From contig NC_091997.1 of NCBI RefSeq assembly GCF_044704955.1, positions 20,274,001 to 20,338,000 on the forward strand: 64,000 nt of DNA, in the 5' to 3' direction. Shown in pieces: positions 22,098 to 34,640 of the stretch. This stretch comes from Pristiophorus japonicus (taxonomy: Eukaryota). The position numbers and the translations under genes were made by a program. The notes below the pieces were generated by a model. That model was not told the DNA's origin and searched no databases. It saw only the letters and a list, made by a program, of their open reading frames with translations. Every line of letters begins with the position of its first letter. Position 1 is the stretch's first letter.

Positions 22098-25052
22098 ATG
22101 GGAACCAATGCAGGGAGACAGAGGGAAACAAAAAGGAGGCAAAAGCAAAAGACAGAAAGGAGACGAGGAAAAGTGGAGGGCAGAGAAACCCAAGGCAAAG
22201 AACAAAAAGGGCCATTGTACAGCAAAATTCTAAAAGGACAAAGGGTGTTAAAAAACAAGCCTGAAGGCTTTGTGTCTTAATGCAAGGAGTATCCGCAATA
22301 AAGTGGATGAATTAACTGTGCAAATAGATGTTAACAAATATGATGTGATTGGGATTACGGAGACGTGGCTCCAGGATGATCAGGGCTGGGAACTCAACAT
22401 CCAGGGGTATTCAACATTCAGGAAAGATAGAATAAAAGGAAAAGGAGGTGGGGTGGCATTGCTGGTTAAGGAGGAAATTAAGGCAATAGTTCGGAAGGAC
22501 ATTAGCTTGGATGATGTGGAATCTATATGGGTAGAGCTGCAGAACACCAAAGGGCAAAAAACTTTAGTGGGAGTTGTGTACAGACCTCCAAACAGTAGTA
22601 GTGATGTTGGGGAGGGCATCAAACAGGAAATTAGGGGTGCGTGCAATAAAGGTGCAGCTATTATAATGGGTGACTTTAATATGCACATAGATTGGGTTAA
22701 CCAAACTGGAAGCAATACGGTGGAGGAAGATTTCCTGGAGTGCATAAGGGATGGCTTTCTAGACCAATATGTCGAGGAACCAACTAGGGGGGAGGCCATC
22801 TTGGACTGGGTGTTGTGTAATGAGAGAGGATTAATTAGCATTCTCGTTGTGCGAGGCCCCTTGGGGAAGAGTGACCATAATATGGTGGAATTCTGCATTA
22901 GGATGGAGAATGAAACAGTTAATTCAGATACCATGGTCCAGAACTTAAAGAAGGGTAACTTTGAAGGTATGAGGCATGAATTGGCTAGGATAGATTGGCG
23001 AATGATACTTAAGGGGTTGACTGTGGATGGGCAATGGCAGACATTTAGAGACCGCATGGATGAACTACAACAATTGTACATTCCTGTCTGGCGTAAAAAT
23101 AAAAAAGGGAAGGTGGCTCAACCGTGGCTATCAAGGGAAATCAGGGATAGTATTAAAGCCAAGGAAGTGGCATACAAATTGGCCAGAAATAGCAGCGAAC
23201 CCGGGGACTGGAGAGATTTAGAACTCAGCAGAGGAGGACAAAGGGTTTGATTAGGGCAGGGAAAATGGAGTACGAGAAGAAGCTTGCAGGGAACATTAAG
23301 ACGGATTGCAAAATTTTCTATAGATATGTAAAGAGAAAAAGGTTAGTAAAGACAAACGTAGGTCTCCTGCAGTCAGAATCAGGGGAAGTCATAACGGGGA
23401 ACAAAGAAATGGCGGACCAATTGAACAAGTACTTTGGTTCGGTATTCACTAAGGAGGACACAAACAACCTTCCGGATATAAAAGGGGCCGGAGGGTCTCG
23501 TAAGGAGGAGGAACTGAGGGAAATCCTTATTAGTCGGGAAATTGTGTTGGGGAAATTGAAGGGATTGAAGGCCGATAAATCCCCAGGGCCTGATGGACTG
23601 CATCCCAGAGTACTTAAGGAGGTGGCCTTGGAAATAGTGGATGCATTGACAGTCATTTTCCAACATTCCATTGACTCTGGATCAGTTCTTATGGAGTGGA
23701 GGGTAGCCAATGTAACCCCATTTTTTAAAAAAGGAGAGATAACAGGGAATTATAGACCGGTCAGCCTGACATCGATAGTGGGTAAAATGATGGAATCAAT
23801 TATTAAGGATGTCATAGCAGTGCATTTGGAAAGAGGTCCAAGTCAGCATGGATTTGTGAAAGGGAAATCATGCTTGACAAATCTTCTGGAATTTTTTGAG
23901 GATGTTTCCAGTAGAGTGGACAAGGGAGAACCAGTTGATGTGGTATATTTGGACTTTCAGAAGGCTTTTGACAAGGTCCCACACTTATTAAGAGATTAAT
24001 GTGCAAAGTTAAAGCACATGGGATTGGGGGTAGTGTGCTGACATGGATTGAGAACTGGTTGTCAGACAGGAAGCAAAGAGTAGGAGTAAATGGGGACTTT
24101 TCAGAATGGCAGGCAGTGACTAGTGGGGTACCGCAAGGTTCTGTGCTGGGGCCCCAGCTGTTTACACTGTACATTAATGATTTAGACGAGGGGATTAAAT
24201 GTAGTATCTCCAAATTTGCGGATGACACTAAGTTGGGTGGCAGTGTGAGCTGCAAGGAGGATGCTATGAGGCTGCAGAGCGACTTGGATAGGTTAGGTGA
24301 GTGGGCAAATGCATGGCAGATGAAGTATAATGTGGATAAATGTGAGGTTATCCACTTTGGTGGTAAAAACAGAGAGACAGACTATTATCTGAATGGTGAC
24401 ATATTAGGAAAAGGGGAGGTGCAAAGAGACCTGGGTGTCATGGTACATCAGTCATTGAAGGTTGGCATGCAGGTACAGCAGGCGGTTAAGAAAGAAAATG
24501 GTATGTTGGCCTTCATAGCGAGGGGATTTGAGTACAGGGGCAGGGAGGTGTTGCTACAGTTGTACAGGGCCTTGGTGAGGCCATACCTGGAGTATTGTGT
24601 ACAGTTTTGGTCGCCTAACCTGAGGAAGGACATTCTTGCTATTGAGGGAGTGCAGCGAAGGTTCACCAGACTGATTCCCGGGATGGCGGGACTGACCTAT
24701 CAAGAAAGACTGGATCAACTGGGCTTGTATTCACTGGAGTTCAGAAGAATGAGAGGGGACCTCATAGAAACGTTTAAAATTCTGACGGGGTTAGACAGGT
24801 TAGATGCAGGAAGAATGTTCCCAATGTTGGGGAAGTCCAGAACCAGGGGACACAGTCTAAGGATAAGGGGTAAGCCATTTAGGACCGAGATGAGGAGAAA
24901 CTTCTTCACCCAGAGAGTGGTGAACCTGTGGAATTCTCTACCACAGTAAGTTGTTGAGGCAAATTCACTAAATATATTCAGAAAGGAGTTAGATGAAGTC
25001 CTTACTACTAGAGGGATCAAGGGGTATGGTGAGAAAGCAGGAATGGGGTAAT
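22098..25052 (+). pseudogene. CR1 ORF2: APE endonuclease and reverse transcriptase, disrupted
   Basis: NARS, ITETW, GDFN, SDH (EN); [23 protein letters not shown] (RT). Breaks near 22255, 23215 and 23985, and a stop at 24947-24949. Confidence 0.95.
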
Positions 25053-25486
25053 GAAGTTGCATGTTCAGCCATGAACTCATTGAATGGCGGTGCAGGCTAG
25101 AAGGGCCGAATGGCCTACTCCTGCACCTATTTTCTATGTTTCTATGTCATATAGTTTGCACACTATTCTGCTGACAGGTTACAGATGTAAAAGGTTTCCC
25201 CATTCATCACCGCAGGTTTAATGGAAATAGCGTCAATTATTTATCACCTGGGCCAAAAGCAGACAATTTTATGTTAGAAAATAAATATATTGTGGAAAGA
25301 ACAGCATTTAAGTTTAGTATTTCATGTGTTGTATTTGCATTTTGCTTGTGGTTACTAAGGACAGCAATGCGGAATTACATTCTCTCTGCTGACATCAGAT
25401 TTTATTTTATTATTCAGAGTATTTGTCAGATCGTTTTTTTTTACAATGGCATTCCTTCATCATTGTAACTGTTACTGTGTAACATT

Positions 25487-26487
25487 GGGGTAGATTTTAA
25501 CTATTTGGCCGTCTGGAACCTTGATACTGGCAGCGGAAAGCACGGTCAGTTTAAGAATCCGTGCCTCTACAACACGTATACAGTCAGTGCCGTATAGGTG
25601 GTGTGTTGGCTCGGGGCCAGAGAGACTGGCCTGAACTTTAGTAGTTTGGCGGATTGTGAGCGGGCAGGCTCGGAAGCCGCCGGGAAACCCAGGGGAAAGG
25701 GCTTCTTCGCAGGCCCTGCCGAACTTAATGGCAAGGCCTGATTTGCATTTGAAACCCGTTTGAGAGGCTGGCTGGCTGTGGACAGGTGGGCCTGTGGCAC
25801 TAGCGAGGAGGGAGGGATTGGGTGGAGGCCGGCGGGGGTTGGTCTAAGGGGGCAATTGAGGGAGGCTGAGGAGCACGGTGGGGGGGGGGGGGGGGGCGGC
25901 AGAGGGAGGTGGGGGGGGGGGGGGGAAGGCCAGGAGCACATCAGAGGCCCAGAAGAGTACGGGGGCAGGGGGAGAAGGGGAGGAGGGAGTGGGGGCTGGA
26001 GCAACTGATCAGGGGTGGGGGGTCCGAAGTGACTGATTGGAGGGCCAGAGGAGCTCATCAGACGGCCGTGGGCGAGGCCTCTTGGGGTGATCAGAGGCCT
26101 CGTGGCGGGGGGGGCGGGGGAGGGAGGCTTGGTTGGGCAGGGACGTTGGATTCAGGAGCTAAGTGTAAAGGCAATTACCTCCTGGATCCAGCAGTGCTCA
26201 CTTTCCATTAGCTGGCAGGTTTCACGAGCTAAAGCCAATCAGCTACAGTTACATTGAAAATGGTGGTTAAATCTGAGGCAGACCAGCCTCATTATAATAT
26301 TTAAATGGTCAACCCGCCTCCTGGAAGCTGGTTGCCTGCCCGCCTCCCAGCCTGCCCACATTAAAACCCGGACATGGGAGGTGGAGGTTTGGAGGCGGAT
26401 TCTGGTCGGGATTCAGATTTTTAACACTTTCACTTCCCACCCTGACCCGACTCAACCCACCTGCTTTTTTGGGTTAAAATTCCCCCC
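25487..26487. mobile_element. Harbinger-type MITE with G-rich interior
   Basis: TIR GGGGTAGATTTTAAC / GTTAAAATTCCCCCC; flanks ATT/ACT. Confidence 0.78.
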
Positions 26488-27034
26488 ACTGTGACAGATT
26501 TTCCCTTTCTGCATTTGGGTGTAAGCAATCACCTGCACAGAGTGCATTGTGTGGGAATGATTGCTCTTCCAATTTTCCTTGCATCAAGTAAAGTGGGCAT
26601 AAAATTGGGCTGGTTCCACGACAGATGTTCAATGCCTCCGTGCTGGATTTTTCTTCTTTGTGCTCAGGTGAATATTTCCATCCAAGTGCAAAAGAGATCA
26701 GTTACCAGGTCTGACAGTGTGACGAAGCAGAATGATCAGTTGAGATATTCATGAACATCAGCTGCCAGGGGAAGGAGATATCAAGCTCGATAGTGTGAGA
26801 AACCTGAACTATCAGTAAAACTATATACGGTCTGTGAGGAATTCCTGCGCATGACAGCATCAAGATGCTCGATCAATATGTGGCATCAAAAATGTACTCA
26901 AAAAGAACATATTTACAATGTCAGTACATACAGTAACCAGAACAATTCTTCCCCCATTTATCTCTACAACATTCAGGCTCTTCACACAGTTAGTCTCAAA
27001 AACTCACCCTGCCAGTTTGCCCTGTAAATGTCAC

Positions 27035-27268
27035 TGGCATTCAGCTGCCAAAGGCCTAAGCTCTGGAAGTCCCTCTCTAAACCTCTCCGCCTCCCTACCT
27101 CTTTTCTCCTTTAAGATGCTCCTTAAAACCTACCTCTTTGACCAAGGTTTCTGCCCTAATATCTCTTTGTGTGGCGCGGTGTCCAGTTTAGTTTGGTAAC
27201 ACTCTTGTGAAGCGTCTGGGGACATTTTACAACGTTAAAGGCGCTATATAAATGCAAGTTGTTGTTGT
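27035..27268 (+). mobile_element. L2-type LINE 3' end
   Basis: Ends AAAGGCGCTATATAAATGCAAG(TTG)n. Confidence 0.82.
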
Positions 27269-27819
27269 TATTTAAACTGATCTATTCAAATAGAACAATT
27301 CAAACAAAAGTCATCAGAAACAGACTAAACAAATCAACAAAGAATATTTATTAGCACTACTTAGCAATTGTCTGATATTTAATAAGGGTTCTGAGAGGAT
27401 GGACAGGAGGTGCTAGATTTTGTGTAGCTCATCTCATCGCATTGTTGCAAGGATGCTGCATTCGGAGAGGGGGGTTTGGAGATATTTTAAAAGCTAAACA
27501 TAACATCTATTGTTGATCCAGAATTCCAGTCAACTATTCACTTTCTGTGCCCTTAGGCACAAGTGGAGACTGTAAAGTCTAGTTTATGCAGTCAATATTT
27601 AATTCATTCATACTATTAAAAATTTAAAAGAGATATAATTGTGTTTTATTTTTGAAGTGAAGGATTATCTTTTTGACACTCAGTACTTTTACAATCCATT
27701 ATTGGAGTTGTGAGTGCGCTGGGCTCCGAGTAAATACTGTGAGGGGTGCCGGGGGGTGGGGGGGGGGGGGGGGTGCGGGGATGGTGTCCTGCGTCAGTCC
27801 CGGGAACTGTGGTAAAAGA

Positions 27820-28152
27820 GGGCAAATGAGGGTACGGGGCCCAGAAGAGGCAAGGGCCCGGGGGCAGCACGGGCCAGCCCACACTGCAATATGTGTACGC
27901 ACTAGGTCCGTGCAGCAGAGCAGGTCTCCAGTCGTTCTGGTTAACCCTTGTCACTGGATAAAGGCCTAGCTCTGTCAAGCCCATGTGGTGGCTGATGTGC
28001 ACGTTAAAAAAATCCACGCACAGGCATCTTCCACCCCTGGAGTTCAGGACTGGAATATCGGGTCCTTCATTGAAACATCTATGAACTCATCCCTTTTGGT
28101 GTGGAAGCAAATCATCCTCGTTCAAGGGACCGCCTCTGATGATGATGATGAT
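27820..28152 (+). mobile_element. Bipartite RTE-derived non-autonomous retroposon (SINE-like) with TSD
   Basis: Homologous to the RTE 5' UTR and ORF start at 7590-7770, fused to the RTE terminal ~60 nt and (GAT)n; GGTAAAAGA at 27811-27819 and 28153-28161. Confidence 0.85.
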
Positions 28153-28754
28153 GGTAAAAGACATCACTATGCAACAAGAAGAAATAGGCAGTCCAATTTC
28201 TCAGATGCATACCAAACATTAAAATGCGCAGTGAGCGCAAATATTGGTTTACATGTAAATTTGAGTGAGCAGACTTTAATAGATCAGTGTAAATCGGAGT
28301 CCTAGACACAGAGCACTCTGCACCATCATGGCAAGCAGGAGCCTTGACACACGAGCAGTTGTTAATTGATCAAACCAAGACACTTCATAAAAGAGCAAGC
28401 TGAGGTCGAAGACACTAATACATCAGAGTAAGCCACAGCCCATGACACTGAGCAATCGGAACAGATCAGAGCAGTTTCATTTCGCTGGAAGTAGGACTCT
28501 CGTTCACTGTCGGCTTAATGCCGCCCGGTGTAAATTGGGTTTTGAAAATAATAACCTTGCAAATATAAATTAGTAGATTAATGGATTCACTGAGAACTCA
28601 TGGTGAGCTGTCCTTATATAATTGCAATAGTTCATGCATGAAGTCAAATGCCTTTTCTCATGAGCTTCGTGTATCTGCAGGATGTGTCTCCCAATTTGCT
28701 GCACCTTGCAAAAATTCTCTCAAAGCTGTCACTGTGTACAGCCTGTAGCTTACT

Positions 28755-29432
28755 CTCTCCCACTCCAGGGACTTGAGTACATAAATCTAGGCCGACACTT
28801 CAGTGCAGTGCTGAGGGAGTGCTGCACTGTCGGTATTATGTCTGTAATGTACTTATGAATGACTCCACGATGCAATGTGTTGTACTCAAACTGTAGTGAC
28901 CTTGGTCCTTTATTCGTAACTCCAGAGTGAGGCAGCCACATGGTGGCTCCCCTTTTATACAGCCCCTGCCACCAGAGCAGGAACCCACAGTCTCCACCAA
29001 TTGCACCCTCTAGTGGTGCCAGTATGTATACACACAGTGTAAACCTTTTTGATAGTACATCAGGTAAACAAGTCTCCAACTTCTGCAACTATACATTGAC
29101 TACACAGAGAGTATATCTATAGTCTGCATATATAACAGTCGGAGGTGCCTGCCCTCTCAGGTGGACGTAAAAGATCCCATGGCACTATTTTGTAGAAGAG
29201 CAGGAGAGTTATGCCCAGTGTCCTGGCCAATATTTATCCCTCAATCAACATTGCTAAAACAGTTTATCTGGTCATTATCACATTGCTGTTTGTGGGAGCT
29301 TGCTGTGCGCAAATTGGCTGCCGCGTTCCCCACGTTCCAACAGTGACTACACTCCAAAAGTACTTCATTGGCTGTAAAGCGCTGAGATGCCCAGTGATCA
29401 TGAAAGGCGCTATATAAATGCAAGTCTTTCTT
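28755..29432 (+). mobile_element. SacSINE1-like DeuSINE interrupted by a solo LTR
   Basis: The SINE sequence GCTGCACTGTCGG/AGGTGCC rejoins across 28834-29137; Deu core and L2-like tail present. Confidence 0.88.
28834..29137 (-). mobile_element. Solo LTR (304 bp) with 5-bp TSD
   Basis: Minus TGTTATAT...ACATAATA; GTCGG at 28829-28833 and 29138-29142; same family as 10508-10874. Confidence 0.92.
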
Positions 29433-30087
29433 TCTTTCTCTGTGCCAACAGTAGCTTGACAGAACAAAATGGAATAGAGTCAAGAAGAATAGGACAGAGT
29501 GGAGTAGACCGTAACAGAAGGGATCAGAAGAAATTGAAACAAAGGTTATTTTATGGACAGGAGAGGAAATCTGGGCAGAAAAGTGCTACGCAGAAATATC
29601 TGGAACAGAAGTGAAGAGATTGAACCAGTCAGATAAAGCAGCTTGGATAAATAAATAGCAATAAAAAGAATGATAGATGTCTACTATGCTCGGTGATAAG
29701 CCCCGATATTAACTCTGAGGCACATTACTGTGTGGGAAATCTGGAAGTAATTTCAGTGCATCTGTCAGGCATTTTAACGCAGGCATCTCATTATAATTTT
29801 ACTTCCAGGTTTGGCGCTGAATGCATGGCAGTGGGCGTGAAGAGGACCCGCATAAGCCAATCGCAACTCGAGTATTTGAAAGGCCAATCCAAAGATGGAA
29901 TTTGGAGGAGTTGCTAGGTTTGCCGCCATTACAGCAATGGCAGAATATGGACTCTTGACACTCAAAGGCTGTGCCCTGCTTTATTGAGGCCTCCTTTGAT
30001 ATACTGCTGGGGGCAGTGAGGAGACGGAAAGAGATATTCTTCCCCAGTGAAGGGAGGAAGAAACATGCTACTGCTACAAAGAAGGCA

Positions 30088-30575
30088 ACGTAACAACATA
30101 ACAACATAAGAAATAGGAGCAGGAGTAGGCCATTGGCCCCTTGAGCCTGCTCTGCCATTCAATAAGATCATGGCTGATCTGATCATGGACTCAGCTCCAC
30201 TTCCCTGCCCGCTCCCCATAACCCTTTACTCCCTCATCGCTCAAAAATCTGCCTGTCTCCATCTTACATTTATTCGATGACCCAGCCTCCACAGCTCTCT
30301 GGGGCAGAGAATTCCATAGATTTACAACCCTCTGAGAGAAGAAATTCCTCCTCATCTCAGTTTTAAATGGGCAGCCCTTTATTCTGAGACTATGTCCCCT
30401 TGTTTTAGTTTCCCCTATGAGTGCAAATATCCTCTCTGCATCCACCTTGTCGAGCCCCCTCATTAGCTTATAAGTTTCAATAAGATCACCTCTCATTCTT
30501 ATGAACTCCAATGAGTATAGGCCCAACCTACGAATAAGTCAACCCCCTCATCTCCAGAGTCAACTTAGTGAATCT
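30088..30575 (-). mobile_element. CR1 3' fragment inserted in the Myb-domain coding region
   Basis: ORF 30191-30526 (GLYSLEF.RMRGDLIETYK...WNSLP) and tail. Confidence 0.92.
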
Positions 30576-31009
30576 GGAGATGGCCCAGGAGGTCAAAAGC
30601 AGGAGCATTGTGTCACACTCCTGGCTTCAGTGCAGGAAGTACTTTAGTACAGTTGCACATTCACCTACATCCTGTTGTGCTCATCACCACCATCCCCCCC
30701 TCCTCACTCTGCCTCGTCACGCCTACTCCATCACATCACTCCTCACACCCAATTACTTTGCATGCGCACCCATGTTCTCTTTCTATTCACTTCCTCACAT
30801 TCCCATTTAGCCATCCACCACTGCTGCTCACCCTGATCCTTATGCAACTTGATGCCTCTCCCTGCTAGTCACCCTCACCAAATATAATGTATCCATCAGT
30901 TGAACTCCAGCCATTACAGTCACTCAGAGGTCTGTTTCCTCCCCCCGTTCCAGGACAACGCAAAATACAAGAGAGAGGGAGAGAATCAGAGGTGGTTCTC
31001 CACAGATCT

Positions 31010-31239
31010 CATAAGAACATAAGAAATAGGAGCAGGAGTAGGTCATTTGGCCCCTCGAGCCTGCTCCGCCATTCAAAAAGATCATGGCTGATCTGGTCTT
31101 GGCCTCAACTCCACTTTCCTGCCCGCTCTCCATAATCCTCGACTCCCTTATCATTCAAAAATCTGTCTATCTCCACCTTAAATATATTCAATGACCCAGC
31201 CTCCACAGCTCTCTGGGGTGGAGAATTCCAAAGATTCAC
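31010..31239 (-). mobile_element. CR1 3' fragment inserted in a second Myb-gene coding segment
   Basis: CATAAGAACATAAGAAATAGGAGCAGG tail and 3' UTR. Confidence 0.9.
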
Positions 31240-32214
31240 GGCTGACAACCGCAGAGGAGGAAGCGCTGGAGATCAGTGGTGTCTTGGTGACCCTGACCAT
31301 GGACACGAGGACCTCCCAGCTACTTGGTGACAGAATTAAATATTGGCCCACATGTGACTTGATTTCATGATGGCAAGTTGCAACATTCATACCTACCCAG
31401 GGCCTTCACGTGCGCAGCAAGATTTGATGGTGCCCCCAGACGATGAATCCTCAGATTCCTTCTGCGAGTGCACTGTCACAGGACTCATGCCCGACTCGGG
31501 CATGCACCAGCACAGATACTTGCACTTCGATGGGTCCAGTTAGACAGATAGTTGGTGGCTCACAGGTCACAAGTGAGCAAGAGCAGGCAGTGGTGGCAGG
31601 GACGGCTGGGGCGAGTCTGCGTCAGACGGTGCAGCCATCTCCGGTCTCTGCTCATCTGGACACAGATGCTGTACCCCGGGAGCTGTCGACGAAAAGGATC
31701 ATTTATGCAGCGTTTCTGTAATATACTGAGAGGTCTTCCACCCACGCTGTCCATGACTGTTGAGAGCATGGGGGAAGCCCAACTCAAGCATGAGTGGTTT
31801 AGTGTTGCAGGGCATTGCGAGGATGTCTTCGTCCATGGACTCCGTGGAGCATCGATCGCGGCAATCAAATGAGTCCATGCAGGCCTTGACTACGGCCCTG
31901 GATACCAACATGTCTGGCGCCTCCAATACGGTGACAGAATCCTCAGCTTTGGCCTTACAGTGCAACACCGACACATGACAAACTGCTCTCCAGTAGAGAG
32001 GTAGGAGCAGAGTGCAGCTGGCCCATGAGTGGGATGGTGGCGAAAGGGGACACGGAATTGGGGACTTACTCAAAGCTCTCCCACTTCTCACCCGTTGCCC
32101 ACCCCACCCCCACCCCATCAGTCAATTACCCGACACGCTGCTTCCTCTCCCCGTGGCCCAGTCTGCCTCTTCACAGGTGCAGGTGAAGCAGTCTTTGGCA
32201 GGACCCTCAAGGAA

Positions 32215-33260
32215 CCACAGCTGATATGTGTTCAGTGCCTTGTTCCTCCTGCAGCCCCAATCCTTGCTGCTGTGCAATGTTGTGCATCGCGCTACGATCA
32301 TTCTGCAGACTCTGGCTGGTGAGTAATGAAGGCTGCCTCCAGATCTGTCCAGGCACCTGAAGCGCATCTTCAGCATGCCGATTGCTTGCTCAATGACACA
32401 TCTGGTTGTCGTATGGCTTTCGTTGTACCACTCTTGGGCTTCATTGCTAGGATTCTTCACGGATGTCATCAGCCAAGTTTGAAGTGGGTGTCCCTTGTCT
32501 CCTAGCAACCACCTGTTAAGTCTGCTTGCAGGTCCAAAGAGCTGAGGGACCCTGGACTGCTGCAGGATGAAAGCATGATGGCAGCTCCCCGGGAATCTAG
32601 CACACACCTATATAAACGTTCTCTTGTGCACATTGATGGAGGGGAACCCATTCCATTTTTTGAATACACCTGGTTGATCTGAGGTGGGTGGGGGGGGGGG
32701 GGGGATGCGGACTGCCAACTGTGTGCAACCAATGACACCTTGCGCCTGTGGGAAGCCAGCCAGTGACACAAGCTGAGCACCCACACATTGTGACTGGCGT
32801 CCTCCAGAAGAAGTTGACATCATTGCTGGGCTTAGCAAACATCTCATCGGTCACCTCCCTAATGCATTTGTGGGCTGCCGACTGGAAGACCCTGGATATG
32901 TCCCTGCCAGAACCTTGGAAGGATCCAGAGGCAAAAATGTTGAGGGCAGTGGTCACTTTTACAGCCACTAAAATGCGTGGTCACCAGGTCCAACAGGGAG
33001 CAGGTCTTCGTCTCAGAGGCTGCAGATGTCGGCCACCATCCGACGGGAAAACCTCAGCCTCCGGAAGCACCGCTCTTCCGAGAGGTCTAGGAAGCTGAGC
33101 CTCTGCCTCTACACTCTGTTCCTGGTGTGAGCTCAACCCACTGCTGCTCCCCTCTCTGCTTCTGCTCCCAATTCTGCTCACCACCCACAGGTCTCTGCAC
33201 AGCTGCCTGTTGATCATCTTGCTTCTTGCCCGAGGTCCAATCAAAGGCAGCCAATGTACC
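32215..33260 (-). pseudogene. Harbinger DDE transposase (HARBI1-family), fragmented
   Basis: DLSEERCFRRLRFSR, VKVTTALNIFASGSFQ, GFPQAQGVIGCTQL (first catalytic D appears as G), ARFPGSCH, WLLGDKGHP, VIEQAIGMLKMRFRCLD. Confidence 0.93.
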
Positions 33261-33719
33261 CTCCCGTCCTAATCTGAGTCTCAAAATCTGCAAAGTGTAG
33301 AAACTAACCTCTCACCACAAGGACTCTGAACAAACACTTTCCCAGTGGTACGAAAGCAGCTATGAGCACCGAGTATTTATTGCAGTTTTTACCTGGCATT
33401 TAATGAGCCCCATGAATAGTGGTTGTGTTCTCTCCTTGGTTTCAATGGCAAGATTCAGGAAGCCCGGGAAACTTGTGGATGCACTATTAAATTCGAATAT
33501 AGATAAATATTGCTACAATGGAGCAATTACCATACTTAAATTGCTAACTTGCCTCTCCCAAGGGAGTTAAGCTGAACATGCCCGAGTTAAACTTGGAAAT
33601 CGATGCATTGGAGCCGGCGTCCGGATGCTAATGCCCCCCCCCGCGCCCCTCCCCCCCCCCAACCAAACCTCACCTAAACCCATGTACTGCGCCACATTCA
33701 AAGTCCCTTCATAGATTTA

Positions 33720-34060
33720 GGGGCAAAAATTCGGATCTTTGCTACTGCCACAGCACCGCACTACCTGATGGTCTAGCGATGGCCCCTTCTGCCTCCCACA
33801 GAGTTGACAGCTTAGCCCTCCCCTTTAATGGAAGGGGGGACCCTGTCCTCCCACCAAGGCATAGCGCTGGAAAATTCACATCTCTTTGAGCCCCGGTCCC
33901 GTCCCCGAGAGGAAGTGCAGCACGAGACCTAGCACTCCACTTCCTCTCGGGGGGGGGGGGGGCGGTAAACCCAATAAAGCTCTCAGGGTGGGACATTTGC
34001 CTCTGTCACAGGAACTCCCGCTTCGTGGCTGGTACCAAGGAGCGGTACCGAATCTTTGAC
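33720..34060. mobile_element. Degraded Harbinger-type MITE
   Basis: GGGGCAAAAATTCGG / CCGAATCTTTGAC; internal CTCCCTTTAATGGAAG shared with 43832-44546 and 46082-46425. Confidence 0.55.
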
Positions 34061-34349
34061 TGTTAGATTTTGGGGTCAGTGGGTGGAACCTCCTCCCATT
34101 ATGAGATGGAGCCCGACCCCAAATGTCCTTCTGGTATCAGGGTTTTCACATACAGGAGGTGGGCATGTTGACCTTTCCTGGGGCGGAGCCAGTAGAGATT
34201 ATCATTGAAATGGGGGCGGAGATTGCTGCAACAATTTCTCTACTTTCCTGCCACACTCAAAAGAGAAACTCAAAATTGTGCATTAAAGATTGGTTGGACA
34301 GAAATAAACTAAAAGAGGCAGAGATTAAATACATAAACAGTTAAAGAAT

Positions 34350-34640
34350 CGACGTATGGGTTGCTCTATGTGGATAGATCTACGCTAAATGGAAATACAT
34401 TAGATTAGGTAGATGATTGTATAAACGGATACGAGCTAAAATAGACAAATTTATATCGGTATCTAGATGAACAGAGATATGGTTTGATAGCAATATGAAT
34501 GGATGAATATGAATGGGTAGATTTACATGGGTTGAACGAGTGAAAGTTATCGATATAGATATAGATATACATGTAAAAGTTCAATATAGGTCCAATAGTA
34601 ATGGAGACATATCTGTAGGAATAGATAATGGAATCTTGGC
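34350..34640. repeat. Degenerate GATA/ATAG-rich low-complexity tract
   Basis: Recurrent ATAGAT and GATGAATAT words with no fixed period. Confidence 0.5.

Larger units (their letters stand above)
20810..25145 (+). mobile_element. Near full-length CR1 LINE
   Basis: 5' UTR, ORF1, ORF2 and (TTCTATGT)n tail; possible TSD GTCAT at 20736-20740 and 25146-25150. Confidence 0.96.
29965..32210 (+). pseudogene. Harbinger Myb/SANT-like DNA-binding protein gene, fragmented
   Basis: KAVPCFIEASFDILLGAVRRRKEIFFPSEGRKKHATATKKA (29965-30087) continues as LEMAQEVKSRSIVSHSWLQCRKYF (30574-30645) once a CR1 insert is removed; later RERERIRGGSPQI / LTTAEEEALEI and S/T-rich ORFs 31443-31978. Confidence 0.8.
29699..33660. 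mobile_element. Decayed autonomous-type PIF/Harbinger DNA transposon with two convergent genes; ends uncertain
   Basis: Myb/SANT-like gene remains on +, DDE transposase remains on -; TIR-like AGCCCCGATATTAAC at 29699; matching right TIR not found. Confidence 0.85.

Noticed and set aside
32122-32968. Host HARBI1 gene
   Set aside because: Frameshifts, stops, a mutated catalytic Asp and a linked Myb-like partner indicate a dead transposon, not the domesticated gene.
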